This document shows positions 15,243 through 23,892 of a stretch of DNA of 32,000 bases, piece after piece. The notes beneath the pieces were generated by a model. It was not told the DNA's origin and searched no databases. It worked only from the letters and a program-made list of their open reading frames with translations. Source of the DNA: Candidatus Saccharimonadota bacterium (lineage in GTDB: Bacteria; Patescibacteriota; Gracilibacteria; UBA1369; 2-02-FULL-48-14); contig JBAZVE010000001.1 of assembly GCA_041661045.1 (NCBI GenBank), positions 540,001-572,000 of the forward strand, written 5' to 3'. How positions within the stretch are numbered: the first letter of the stretch is position 1; every line of letters starts with the position of its first letter. The translations under genes were made by a program, and so were the position numbers.

Positions 15243-15941
15243 ATGATGATTAAACGGCTGCCGGAAATTGATGCGCTTCGTGGAGTGGCCATTGTGGGGA
15301 TGGTGCTGTTCCATGCGGCGTTTATTGCGCTGATTTTTGGATTGATTGAGTTTGAACCTTATGGGTGGCCACTGATTGTGCCGGTGAGAGCGGTGCAATT
15401 TTTGTTTTTGGGTCTGATGGGAGTTTCGGTGCATTTGTCTTCACGCGGATTTGGAGGGCAGCTTGAGCGGGCGGGAATTTTGGCGGGGGCGGCGGCTTTG
15501 GTGAGTTTGGGCACAGCGCTGTTTTTTCCGGAGGAATTTGTACGATTTGGCGTTTTGCACTTTGCGATGGTGGCGATTCCAGTGGTTTCTTTGTTTAAAG
15601 GGAGGCCTGCTTTGGCCCTGTGGACTGCGGCAGGGAGTTTTCTTTTGGGAGAATTCTTTTTGAGTTTTCGAGTGGAATCCGAGTGGCTGTTCCCGTTTGG
15701 ACTCTTGAACTCCGGATTCACTTCGCTCGACTATTTCCCTCTTTTCCCCTGGCTTGCGGCTCCTTTGGTGGGGCTTGTGATTGGGGAGGCCGTTTATAAG
15801 AAGCGCGAGCCCACGGCGCTGGAAGCTTTGGCCGGTATCCCCGGTTTAGCGGCTTTGGGACGGCATTCCTTGGCCATTTATTTGTTGCATCCGCCGGTGC
15901 TTTTCGTTACCCTGTGGGCGCTTTCTTTGCTTCTAAAATGA
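15243..15941 (+). CDS. Membrane protein of the heparan-alpha-glucosaminide N-acetyltransferase-like (DUF1624) type
   Basis: [19 protein letters not shown] at the N-terminus and a polytopic membrane profile. The family assignment is from memory of the motif. Confidence 0.55.
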   Translation: MMIKRLPEIDALRGVAIVGMVLFHAAFIALIFGLIEFEPYGWPLIVPVRAVQFLFLGLMGVSVHLSSRGFGGQLERAGILAGAAALVSLGTALFFPEEFVRFGVLHFAMVAIPVVSLFKGRPALALWTAAGSFLLGEFFLSFRVESEWLFPFGLLNSGFTSLDYFPLFPWLAAPLVGLVIGEAVYKKREPTALEALAGIPGLAALGRHSLAIYLLHPPVLFVTLWALSLLLK

Positions 15942-16801
15942 ATCAGACGGGACAAAATTTGGCTCAGATGCTTAAGGGCGGCGTGATTATGGATGTCACC
16001 ACTGCCGAACAAGCAAAAATTGCTGAAGCGGCGGGGGCCTGCGCGGTGATGGCGCTTGAACGCGTGCCATCGGATATTCGAAGAGATGGGGGTGTGGCGC
16101 GCATGAGCGACCCCGCCATGATTCAAGAAATTCAAGCGGTGGTGACCATTCCGGTGATGGCAAAAATTCGCATTGGGCACACGATGGAGGCGCAAGTTTT
16201 GGAAGCCCTCGATGTTGATTTTATTGATGAAAGTGAGGTTTTGACTCAGGCAGATCCGTTTGCGCATGTGGACAAAAGTGAGTTCAAAGTGCCTTTTGTG
16301 TGTGGGGCGCGGAACCTTGGGGAAGCGCTCCGGCGCATTGCCGAGGGGGCAAGCATGATTCGAACCAAGGGTGAGGCGGGGACCGGAAATATTGTGGAGG
16401 CGGTGCGGCACATTAAAACCATTGCGGCGGAAATTGCGGCCCTCAAACGCATGACGATTCCAGAACTCATGGCCGCCGCGGAAGAGATGCGGGTTTCGAT
16501 GCAATTGGTGGAAAGGGTGCGAGACTTGGGGCGACTGCCCGTGGTGAACTTCGCGGCGGGCGGGGTGGCCACTCCGGCGGATGCCGCGCTGTGCATGTAC
16601 TTGGGGTGTGACGGGGTTTTTGTGGGCAGCGGTATTTTTAAAGCGGCGGATCCTGCGCGGATGGCGCGAGCCGTGGTGGAGGCGGTGATTCACTGGGAAA
16701 ATCCGGCGAAAATTGCGGAACTTTCCAAGGGGCTTGGCGAAGCGATGCCGGGGCTGGAGGTGGGGGGATTGGAAGTGAGGATGCAGGAGAGGGGGAACTA
16801 A
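15938..16801 (+). CDS. pdxS: Pyridoxal 5'-phosphate synthase, lyase subunit PdxS
   Basis: [52 protein letters not shown]...[32 protein letters not shown] is a strong PdxS signature. ATG at 15938 overlaps the upstream stop (ATGA). Confidence 0.93.
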   Translation: MNQTGQNLAQMLKGGVIMDVTTAEQAKIAEAAGACAVMALERVPSDIRRDGGVARMSDPAMIQEIQAVVTIPVMAKIRIGHTMEAQVLEALDVDFIDESEVLTQADPFAHVDKSEFKVPFVCGARNLGEALRRIAEGASMIRTKGEAGTGNIVEAVRHIKTIAAEIAALKRMTIPELMAAAEEMRVSMQLVERVRDLGRLPVVNFAAGGVATPADAALCMYLGCDGVFVGSGIFKAADPARMARAVVEAVIHWENPAKIAELSKGLGEAMPGLEVGGLEVRMQERGN

Positions 16802-16815
16802 ACTACACTGCTGAC

Positions 16816-17337
16816 ATGATTGGAATTTTGGCACTTCAAGGCGGCGTAGCAGAACACGAGCAGGTTTTGGATCAGCTTGGTTTGGCGTGGAAGGAGGTTC
16901 GCTCGCTCGAAGACACTGAGGGGCTCACGGGGTTTATTATTCCCGGGGGAGAGAGCACGGTGATGGATTTGTTTATGACGAACTATGGGCTTAAGGACTG
17001 GCTCCTGGGCCGGCCGGCGGATTTTCCCATCTATGGAACTTGCGCGGGGCTCATTTTGCTGGCGCGGTATGGGCTTTTACCGGCGACGGTTTCACGCAAT
17101 GCGTATGGGCGGCAGAGCGCCAGTTTTGTGGCGGAGCTTAAAGTGGAGGGAGGAGGAACCCTTAAAGGGCATTTTATTCGAGCGCCAAAGATTACGGAGC
17201 AGGGTGAAGGGCTTGAAGTTTTGGTCACTCATGAGGGGAGTCCGGTTTTGGTTCGTTATGGCCAGGTTTGGGGCAGCAGCTTTCATCCTGAACTTGCCGG
17301 CGAAACACGGCTTCACCGGATGATCTTTTCGTGCTAA
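16816..17337 (+). CDS. pdxT: Pyridoxal 5'-phosphate synthase, glutaminase subunit PdxT
   Basis: MIGILALQGG...IIPGGESTVM...GTCAGLILLA...FIRAP...FHPEL has the class I glutamine amidotransferase triad context. It is adjacent to pdxS. Confidence 0.9.
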   Translation: MIGILALQGGVAEHEQVLDQLGLAWKEVRSLEDTEGLTGFIIPGGESTVMDLFMTNYGLKDWLLGRPADFPIYGTCAGLILLARYGLLPATVSRNAYGRQSASFVAELKVEGGGTLKGHFIRAPKITEQGEGLEVLVTHEGSPVLVRYGQVWGSSFHPELAGETRLHRMIFSC

Positions 17338-17365
17338 GTTGGGGTGGCTTTTTAACTTCCACTCA

Positions 17366-19021
17366 ATGATTAATCGTCGCCGTCTCTCTTTGGTCCTTTT
17401 GAGCTTGAGTCTCGTTTTGGCTTCTTGCTCCAAGGGAGGCACTCAAGAGGCTCATTTCAGTACACAAGGTTTTATCCCCGAAGCGTATATTCCCGCGGAC
17501 ATTGGTTTGCTGCTTTCGTACTCGACTCGTGATGATGCGCAATACGCGGCGGTGCAAGCTTTAGAAGTTGCGCTTGGAGATGAAGGACGGCTTTCCGAAA
17601 CGGCTTCGCAGACTTTGGACACGGGCCTCGGGTGGGAGGGTCTTGATTTTGAGGAAGACTTGAAGCCGGTTTTTGGAGAACAATTTCATATGGTTTATGG
17701 CCTTCGTCCCGTTGAAGGAGGGGAAGCGGAGAGCTTTACCGTGGTGACGCTGGAAGATTCAGAAAAAATGACCGCCTTGCTGGAATCCTTTGTTTCCACT
17801 GAAGAGCTTTCTTACAAAAAACTCAGCGAAATCGATGCGTTTGTACGAGAAGAAGACAAGCTTTTTATGACGGTGCATGAGGATCTGCTTTTTGTGAGCA
17901 ACACGGGCGAAAATCTTGTGGCAATGACGGAGCAGAAAAAGTCCGAAAGTTTGTGGGGAAGTGATTTGTACCAAGATACGGTGGAAAGAGTGGGCAGTGA
18001 CTTTGTTTTGTACGGAGTGATGTTTCCCGCTTCTTATGGTGAGGAGCTGTCTTCACTTGCCGGATTCTCGGTGGGCAGCATCCCCGCGGTGGTGGATCAA
18101 CAGGTTGTGGTCGTGAGGGCAGAGGAAGAAGGACTTCGTTTTGAAGCGTGGATGGATGCCAATAAAGAGAAGGCGAAAGAGGCCGGAATTTCTTTTGATA
18201 GCGTGCCTCGATCAGAACCTTATCTTTTCGAAAAAATTCCTGCCGCCGGACTTGTGGGCTACTTCGAATCTTTTGGACTCGCACAAACTTTTGCTCAAGC
18301 GGAGGCGCTTGGAGACAGCACCGGAAGTTTGGAGCAGCTCAAAACAGTTACGCGCAATTATTTTGGAATGGATTTCGAAGACCTCATGAGCTTTATGGAT
18401 AAGGGTTATTCTTTTGCAATACACCGAAATGCCAACACCTGGATACCCGGTTTGAGTATCATTGTGGACATCAGTTCCAATCCGGACAAGGCTGAAGATT
18501 TTGTGAACAAGCTGGATGGGCAGCTCAGCGGGCTCCTGCTTATTGCGGAACAAGCACTTCCCGGAGCAATCACCAAAGATACCATTTCTTGGGCGGGAGA
18601 AGAATTTGCTCACATCAACTTAGACCTTTCGGCCCTTCCACAAAGTGCGGAATCTCCGTTGCCCGCTCTTGGCACGGGGGCCTTGGAATTGGTTTATGGA
18701 ATTTCGGATGGGCGACTTATTATCTCTACGCTCACTGCTTGGGATGAGACCGGCGAGTTTGTGAAAGATAGTGAACTCTATAAAAATTTGAGTGGACAAG
18801 TGACGGAACAAAATGAAGGATTGGTTCTGGTTTCCGCTCAGGAACTTGCCGAAATGGTTCGAGGTTTCCGTGCGCTTCAAACGGAAGAGCTCACCGGTGA
18901 ATTGACGGAGGAAGTGACTCAGCTTGAAGACTTCCTTGAAGGATTTTTGGGGATGATCGCTCAAAGCAAAACAGAAGCTTACGAGAGTCGTTTTGGCGGA
19001 TTCTTAATGCTCGCGGACTGA
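17366..19021 (+). CDS. Putative lipoprotein, unknown function (about 551 aa)
   Basis: From ATG 17366 the sequence is MINRRRLSLVLLSLSLVLASCSKGG, a signal peptide with lipobox L-A-S-C. The rest is acidic and no family is recognised. Confidence 0.6.
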   Translation: MINRRRLSLVLLSLSLVLASCSKGGTQEAHFSTQGFIPEAYIPADIGLLLSYSTRDDAQYAAVQALEVALGDEGRLSETASQTLDTGLGWEGLDFEEDLKPVFGEQFHMVYGLRPVEGGEAESFTVVTLEDSEKMTALLESFVSTEELSYKKLSEIDAFVREEDKLFMTVHEDLLFVSNTGENLVAMTEQKKSESLWGSDLYQDTVERVGSDFVLYGVMFPASYGEELSSLAGFSVGSIPAVVDQQVVVVRAEEEGLRFEAWMDANKEKAKEAGISFDSVPRSEPYLFEKIPAAGLVGYFESFGLAQTFAQAEALGDSTGSLEQLKTVTRNYFGMDFEDLMSFMDKGYSFAIHRNANTWIPGLSIIVDISSNPDKAEDFVNKLDGQLSGLLLIAEQALPGAITKDTISWAGEEFAHINLDLSALPQSAESPLPALGTGALELVYGISDGRLIISTLTAWDETGEFVKDSELYKNLSGQVTEQNEGLVLVSAQELAEMVRGFRALQTEELTGELTEEVTQLEDFLEGFLGMIAQSKTEAYESRFGGFLMLAD

Positions 19022-19037
19022 GTGTTCGTTTCTAAAA

Positions 19038-20027
19038 ATGAAGAAAGTTCTCATTGGCCTCACCTCTTACAATGACCTTCCGTTGCTGCAAAAAAGTTTG
19101 CCTGCGGTGGAGGAGCTTCGCTTGAGTCTTCCCGCGGAAGTGGTCTTGATGGATACGGCGGGCAGTGATGAACTCAAAGACTTTCTTGCCCAGGAATATC
19201 CACACTTTATTTATGAGCGGCATCCGGATGGAAATTCCGGATATGGTCGGAGCTACAATACGATTTTAAAAAATCATCCCGGTCACGAATTTTTCTTGCT
19301 CAGCACCAGTGATGTTTTGCTTTCCGTCCCCACGGTTCTTGAATTTATTGAGCGGATGGAGGAAGACTCCACCATTGCCCTGTGCGCCGGCAAAAATCAC
19401 CATTGGGACCTTGAGGCTGGACGAAAAACTTCGATTATTGATTCGCTTGGAATTGTGGCGGAAAAACGGCATCATTTTTATGACCGTGGGCATGGGGAGG
19501 TGGACCGGGCCCAATATGATGATGAACTTGGGCAGTTTTTTGGGATTTCCGGCGCGGTTTTTTTGCTGCGCACTTCGGTTATTCCCAAACTGCATGGCAA
19601 GGCGCATCTTTTGTTTGATGAACGCATGTGGATGTATAAAGAGGATATTGATTTGTCGTATCGGCTCCGCTGGCTCGGAGAGAAAATCGCTTTATTTCCG
19701 GAAGTTTGGGCTTGGCACGCGCGCACGGTGGCCAACAGAGAGGGGAGGAGCCTGCTCGCGCTCCGAAAAGCCGATGCTCAAAAGCGAGACTATGGACGAC
19801 TTCATTCCTACAAAAATCATATTCTGCTTTTGAAAAACAATTTTTCTTTGCGCTATGGGCCGGTGGTTTTTGCGCGCGTTTTCTTTTACGAATTTTTAAA
19901 AGCCGTGTACCTTTTGTTCCGCTCACCACGCATTTTATGGCAGGGACTTAAGACTTTGTTTTTTGTTCCCGCGGACCGCAGTAAAAGACGCGTTCGTCCA
20001 AGAGCAGTGCTCAGTTTGTTTGATTAA
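19038..20027 (+). CDS. Glycosyltransferase family 2
   Basis: The N-terminal VLIGLTSYNDLPLLQKSL, the later acidic motif STSD and the general GT-A layout fit GT2. It is adjacent to a second GT2 gene. Confidence 0.65.
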   Translation: MKKVLIGLTSYNDLPLLQKSLPAVEELRLSLPAEVVLMDTAGSDELKDFLAQEYPHFIYERHPDGNSGYGRSYNTILKNHPGHEFFLLSTSDVLLSVPTVLEFIERMEEDSTIALCAGKNHHWDLEAGRKTSIIDSLGIVAEKRHHFYDRGHGEVDRAQYDDELGQFFGISGAVFLLRTSVIPKLHGKAHLLFDERMWMYKEDIDLSYRLRWLGEKIALFPEVWAWHARTVANREGRSLLALRKADAQKRDYGRLHSYKNHILLLKNNFSLRYGPVVFARVFFYEFLKAVYLLFRSPRILWQGLKTLFFVPADRSKRRVRPRAVLSLFD

Positions 20028-20036
20028 TATTCTTTC

Positions 20037-20834
20037 ATGGATCTTTCCATCGTCATTTTGCATCACGGAAGCCCCAAGGAGGTCACGGCCAACTTGCAAG
20101 CTTTGAAGGCCGCGCGACTCCCCAAGAAGACCGAAGTTTTTGTGATCAACAATGGGCAGAAGGGGGCCAATGCCAAGATTCCTTTTGACTCCAATCTTTC
20201 TTTTGATCTCCGTTATTTTGAGATTGAGAATCAGGGTTATCCGCAGGGAAATAACTTTGGGCTTCGCATGGCCAAAGGGAAATTCCTTTGTATTTTGAAT
20301 CCGGATATTGAGGTTAAGAAAAATACATTTGAAGTCGTGCTTTCGTATCTGCAGGCTCACCCCCGCGTGGGCATCGCGGCCCCGCGGCTTCGTTATCCGG
20401 ATGGATCGATTCAAGATAATTACCGGTCTTTCCCTCGTTTGATCGACCATTTTATTAAGCGGCTTTTTTTGAGACATTTTTTTACGGCCCGCATGCGCCG
20501 TTACTTGATGTGGAACAAAGATCCTAGCAAGTCTGAAGCGGTGGATTGGCTCACGGGCGCGTTCCAGGTTTTCACACGCAAGGCGTGGAACAAAGTGGGG
20601 CCAAACGACGAACGATACTTCCTTTTTATGTCTGATGTGGACATTTGTAGACAAGCGTGGGCCCGTGGCTTTGAAGTCCATTTTGTTGGGGAAACTGAGG
20701 CCCTTCACAACGATGCCCGCCTCTCTTCCGGCGGACTTCTTTCCTTTTTCACCAAGCCCACGCTCCGCATCCATTTGTGGGACGCCCTCAAGTATTATAA
20801 AAAGTTTTTTGGACGAGCCCTTCCCAAAATCTGA
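20037..20834 (+). CDS. Glycosyltransferase family 2
   Basis: LSIVILHHGSPKEV...VFVINNG...NQGYPQGNNFGLRMAKGKFLCILNPDIEV is a typical GT2 N-terminal domain including the DxD-like NPD. Confidence 0.75.
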   Translation: MDLSIVILHHGSPKEVTANLQALKAARLPKKTEVFVINNGQKGANAKIPFDSNLSFDLRYFEIENQGYPQGNNFGLRMAKGKFLCILNPDIEVKKNTFEVVLSYLQAHPRVGIAAPRLRYPDGSIQDNYRSFPRLIDHFIKRLFLRHFFTARMRRYLMWNKDPSKSEAVDWLTGAFQVFTRKAWNKVGPNDERYFLFMSDVDICRQAWARGFEVHFVGETEALHNDARLSSGGLLSFFTKPTLRIHLWDALKYYKKFFGRALPKI

Positions 20835-20848
20835 GCTTTTGCTACAAT
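20821..20848 (+). promoter_or_regulatory. Candidate promoter for tRNA-Trp (TTCCCA-N16-TACAAT)
   Basis: -35-like TTCCCA at 20821-20826 and -10-like TACAAT at 20843-20848. The leader contains a GTGGC-GCAA-GCCAC hairpin (20890-20903). Confidence 0.3.
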
Positions 20849-20914
20849 CCTCCCACCAAGCCGAAGCGAAGCGGAGGCTAAGCAACAAGGTGGCGCAAGC
20901 CACATCGTTACCAT

Positions 20915-20988
20915 AGGTCCATCGTATAGTGGTAGTACAGCGGTCTCCAAAACCGTTAGCGAGGGTTCGATTCCTTCTGGGCCTGCCA
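20915..20988 (+). tRNA. tRNA-Trp (anticodon CCA), encoded CCA
   Basis: AGGTCCATCGTATAGTGGTAGTACAGCGGTCTCCAAAACCGTTAGCGAGGGTTCGATTCCTTCTGGGCCTGCCA. Acceptor AGGTCCA/TGGGCCT. Anticodon stem GCGGT/ACCGT with loop CTCCAAA. T-arm GAGGG-TTCGATT-CCTTC. Confidence 0.88.
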
Positions 20989-20995
20989 TGATAAA

Positions 20996-21481
20996 ATGAT
21001 TGCAATGCGTATAAGATTTCTTTTTCTTCCTCTTTTATTCCTACTGAGCACCTGTTCGACTCAGGTTCAGGAAGAGGCAGAGAGACTCAAGATTCCTGAC
21101 TATGGTTTTGCATTGGAAGCCGACATGTCCGAGTGTGGGAGGCCCAACGCTGTTTTGAACTTTGATGTTGATAGATGGTTTTCCTATGTGGGTGAGCAAG
21201 CTGTTTTTTTTGCACGCGTGGATGGCATCTCAAGTGAAGGGGACTCACTTCGCTTGGAATGGGTGGTGAAAGGAAACGAACATGGGATGGTGAAGGAGGA
21301 TGTTTTTTTGTACGAAGAAGAGCTTGAGGTGAAGCAATGTCCGGATGGGAACTTGTATGCTTCCTCCCCATTGGATTCAGGGACTGAGAATTCAGTTGTG
21401 GGGATATTTGGAGGTTTTACTGCTCAGCTTTTTCAAGAGGACGAGCTTGTCTACAGTGCGCACCTTAGCCTTGGGCAGTAG
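20996..21481 (+). CDS. Putative lipoprotein (161 aa), unit A of the array
   Basis: MIAMRIRFLFLPLLFLLSTCSTQ is a signal peptide with a Cys at a lipobox-like position. The ATG lies only 8 nt after the tRNA-Trp 3' end. The stop codon TAG (21479-21481) overlaps the first base of repeat R1. Confidence 0.55.
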   Translation: MIAMRIRFLFLPLLFLLSTCSTQVQEEAERLKIPDYGFALEADMSECGRPNAVLNFDVDRWFSYVGEQAVFFARVDGISSEGDSLRLEWVVKGNEHGMVKEDVFLYEEELEVKQCPDGNLYASSPLDSGTENSVVGIFGGFTAQLFQEDELVYSAHLSLGQ

Positions 21482-21510
21482 TTCGAACTAGTTCCACGCT
21501 GGCCTGCCAA
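21481..21510 (+). repeat. Array repeat R1 (30 bp)
   Basis: gttcgaactagttccacgctggcctgccaa. It lies between the convergent stops of unit A (21481) and unit B (21515). Confidence 0.85.
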
Positions 21511-21514
21511 CTTA

Positions 21515-22753
21515 TTAAGAAGTCTTTTGAGCGCTGTTGAACTCTATAAAACGCTGTCTTGCTTCTTTAGCCGAACTGAAAGCCTCGGGAGGGTACCCTT
21601 CAAATAAGTCGTCGAATCGCTCTCTAAGTACTTTGCTTCTTTGTAGAGCGTCGCCCCACTTACGCAGCATTTCCAGCACCCCTTCATCTCTAGTGAACAC
21701 GCCCCCTTCCTGGCCCAGAATTTCTTGTATGAGGAGGAGGTTTACTTGTCCGGACGGAGTTTTCCTCAGCTCTTCTATACGAGCTTTTGTTATTTCAAAG
21801 AGTTTTTTGTACCTAGGTATAAACTCTGCTGCACGGCGAGAACTTGCACTGGTGGAACGCGTAGAGCGCCTAACCGCAGCCGCTTTATCCGCTATCCACA
21901 TGAGCCAAGAGTCTGGAGTGGCTTGTATGACTACACTCGTAGCGGCACTAACAGCAGTTAGAGCCATGAATCCGGCTGGTGCGATTATTGCCATGGGTTC
22001 ACCAACTGCAAATACGACGGGAAGTGAAGCCACGGTCAGAGTCGCCCCTCCTACGAATCCCCTTGTAGCGTACTCGCTGGTTCTCTCCTTTAAGGACATA
22101 GTACTGCCACGGGATATTTCATTACGGGCGTCATCTCCCGAAAACATTTGTACCCAGTCGTCGTCGGTGAAACTTTGTCCGGTCAGTGCTCGTTCAACAA
22201 TGGCAGTGTTCACTTGGGCCCAGACACCTCCGACCCATCCTTCTCCTAAAGCGCTTTGGATGAATCTACCATTGAAGAAAGAGTGGCCGGTTGGCTGAGA
22301 AAACCGTCCTCCTAAGGGTTGAGTCCCATCCAGTACTCGCAGACCTTCACCATGTACCTCATTCGCGGCTGCGGCAACACTGCTTGCATCGGCCGGGGTG
22401 AGCTGAGCAAATTGAGCAATGAACTCGGTGATGGTGTTAAAACGCAAGGCGCTATTTTTTTCCAAAGCCATTAAAATAGCGGCGCGATTGGGGAGATTGT
22501 CCCTTAGGCCATCCGTGGACTGCGCGACGATTCTTTGCAGGGCTGCCGTTTTTTGTCGCTGAGCTATATTGACTATATTAGGGTCTCTCGCGCCTTGGCC
22601 CAGCTCTTGCAGATCAAATATATGCAAGGTGGCCATGAAACTCCGTCCGTGCAGAGCGTCGATAATGTCGTCGATTTCATACAGATCTCCCGCAATAGCT
22701 ACAAAGCGAGGCTCTTTGGGTTTATCGGCGTTCTTGAGGAGATCATTGGGCAT
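21515..22753 (-). CDS. Hypothetical protein (412 aa) with central hydrophobic segments, unit B
   Basis: Long ORF with an ATG start. The central GGATLTVASLPVVFAVGEPMAIIAPAGFMALTAVSAATSVVIQA suggests two TM helices. No family recognised. Confidence 0.55.
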   Translation of the reverse strand: MPNDLLKNADKPKEPRFVAIAGDLYEIDDIIDALHGRSFMATLHIFDLQELGQGARDPNIVNIAQRQKTAALQRIVAQSTDGLRDNLPNRAAILMALEKNSALRFNTITEFIAQFAQLTPADASSVAAAANEVHGEGLRVLDGTQPLGGRFSQPTGHSFFNGRFIQSALGEGWVGGVWAQVNTAIVERALTGQSFTDDDWVQMFSGDDARNEISRGSTMSLKERTSEYATRGFVGGATLTVASLPVVFAVGEPMAIIAPAGFMALTAVSAATSVVIQATPDSWLMWIADKAAAVRRSTRSTSASSRRAAEFIPRYKKLFEITKARIEELRKTPSGQVNLLLIQEILGQEGGVFTRDEGVLEMLRKWGDALQRSKVLRERFDDLFEGYPPEAFSSAKEARQRFIEFNSAQKTS

Positions 22754-22773
22754 AAGAGTTTTTTGTTCCGTTA

Positions 22774-22802
22774 ATTATACCTTATTTCTCCGATTTTATC
22801 TA
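22774..22802 (-). promoter_or_regulatory. Candidate promoter for unit B (TAGATA-N17-TATAAT on minus strand)
   Basis: Consensus -10 TATAAT (plus-strand attata, 22774-22779) lies 20 nt upstream of the ATG. A weak -35 is at 22797-22802. The element ends 8 nt from repeat R2. Confidence 0.35.
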
Positions 22803-22809
22803 TCTAATG

Positions 22810-22839
22810 GCTCGAACCAGTTCCCCGTTGGCCTGCCAA
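22810..22839 (+). repeat. Array repeat R2 (30 bp)
   Basis: gctcgaaccagttccccgttggcctgccaa, 26/30 identical to R1. It lies between divergent units B and C. Confidence 0.8.
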
Positions 22840-22895
22840 GCAATAGTTAGACAAGCCGCCTCCTCTTTGATAGATTGGGCGCTTCTTATTTGTTT

Positions 22896-23837
22896 ATGGT
22901 GAATCGGTTGAGAGCGTGGGTGGGAGGTGAATTCACTGCGTGGGCTGAGTGGGTGGCTGCTCGACCTGAAATGAGAGAATATCTTTTGATTCAAGAACAA
23001 AATGATCGGTTGCATTCGCGTGCTCCAGGAAAGTATGAAAATATCACGGCCGTTTTTAAGGTGCTGGCCACTTTCAACCCCCTTTCACGCTTTTTAGGAA
23101 CTATGCCGGAGGGTTATGCTCCAGCCATTGAAGTGGCTTACCACCTTTGCCGTTGGGTGGATGATGTTGCGGATGGGGATCTGCCATTGCCGGAGTCTTA
23201 TAAGGATTTTGCTGCTTTGGTAGCCGCACTTAAAGTTCATCTTTCTGGAAGCTCTGCCCTGTCTGCTGAAGACACCGACCTAGAGTTTTTGTTAAAACGC
23301 ACGCTTCAAAAACTGGACAAGCATCCGGTGCCTACTATCGATATACGAAAAGAAATGGGCCTTTTTCTTGATGCCATGCAGGTGGAACATGACAAACGAG
23401 TGGAGGGAGAGGTTCTCACTCGTGAGAAGCTCGAGGCACTTTATAGAGGCTCCTTTGGGCCACCTCATATGCTCGCATTCGCAGCATTGGGGTCAAGTTG
23501 TTCGGGTGAGGCCATTGCTGATCTTTTTCAACTTCAAGGGCGCTTGTATGCCGTTAGAGATTTGATTCCGGAACTTTCCAAAGGGATTATTTTTATTCCG
23601 CTGGAGGTGGTGAAGGAGAGTGGGCTGCGCCAGGACGAGTTGACTGGCGATCCAGAAACAGCCGTGCAAAATGAAGTCATTCAAAGGTGGATTGCCGAAG
23701 AAGATCGCTATGGACTTCAAACCATCGCAGCTCTTCGTGAGAAGTCGAAGAGTCTTCCTTTGGATGTGAAGGGAGTGGTGGAGTTCTTGGTTAAACCTAT
23801 TGAAGTGAACATTAGGACTCGGCGAGCCATTTCTTAG
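22896..23837 (+). CDS. Squalene/phytoene synthase family-like protein (head-to-head isoprenoid synthase fold), unit C
   Basis: AIEVAYHLCRWVDDVADGD fits the first Asp-rich motif context (xxCRxxDDxxD). LFQLQGRLYAVRDLIPELSKGIIFIPLEVVKESGL parallels the second motif region (FQLxNxxRDxxED...G..YxPxE), with the second motif partly degenerate. First ATG is at 22896; the ORF track TTG is at 22875. Confidence 0.55.
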   Translation: MVNRLRAWVGGEFTAWAEWVAARPEMREYLLIQEQNDRLHSRAPGKYENITAVFKVLATFNPLSRFLGTMPEGYAPAIEVAYHLCRWVDDVADGDLPLPESYKDFAALVAALKVHLSGSSALSAEDTDLEFLLKRTLQKLDKHPVPTIDIRKEMGLFLDAMQVEHDKRVEGEVLTREKLEALYRGSFGPPHMLAFAALGSSCSGEAIADLFQLQGRLYAVRDLIPELSKGIIFIPLEVVKESGLRQDELTGDPETAVQNEVIQRWIAEEDRYGLQTIAALREKSKSLPLDVKGVVEFLVKPIEVNIRTRRAIS

Positions 23838-23853
23838 CTTTTGCTTAATGGAT

Positions 23854-23892
23854 GTTCGAACTAGTTTCCCGTTGGCTCTGTCGCTAAGCCAA
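23854..23892 (+). repeat. Array repeat R3 (39 bp variant with a 9-nt expansion inside the TGGC..GCCAA core)
   Basis: gttcgaactagtttcccgttggctctgtcgctaagccaa. The first 23 nt are 20/23 identical to R1. The stop codon of minus-strand unit D (23884-23886) lies inside the expansion. Confidence 0.7.

Noticed and set aside
15878-16834. 318-aa minus-strand ORF rich in His/Arg/Pro
   Set aside because: It is exactly antisense to the strongly supported pdxS gene, and its composition is a mirror-frame artefact of a GC-rich, Ala/Gly/Val-rich gene.
20835-20914. SRP RNA or other known small RNA in the tRNA-Trp leader
   Set aside because: It contains a GNRA hairpin, but I could not match the conserved SRP helix-8 motifs or any other family signature by eye. 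It is more simply a tRNA precursor leader.
19935-21005. 356-aa minus-strand ORF
   Set aside because: It is antisense to the well-supported GT2 gene (20037-20834) and runs across the tRNA-Trp gene. No motifs, and it is implausible as coding.
21537-22298. 253-aa plus-strand ORF inside unit B
   Set aside because: It is antisense to the longer 412-aa ORF with an ATG start and a promoter-like TATAAT. Its Ser/Ala-rich low-complexity translation is typical of a shadow frame. This is moderately uncertain because neither ORF has a recognised family.
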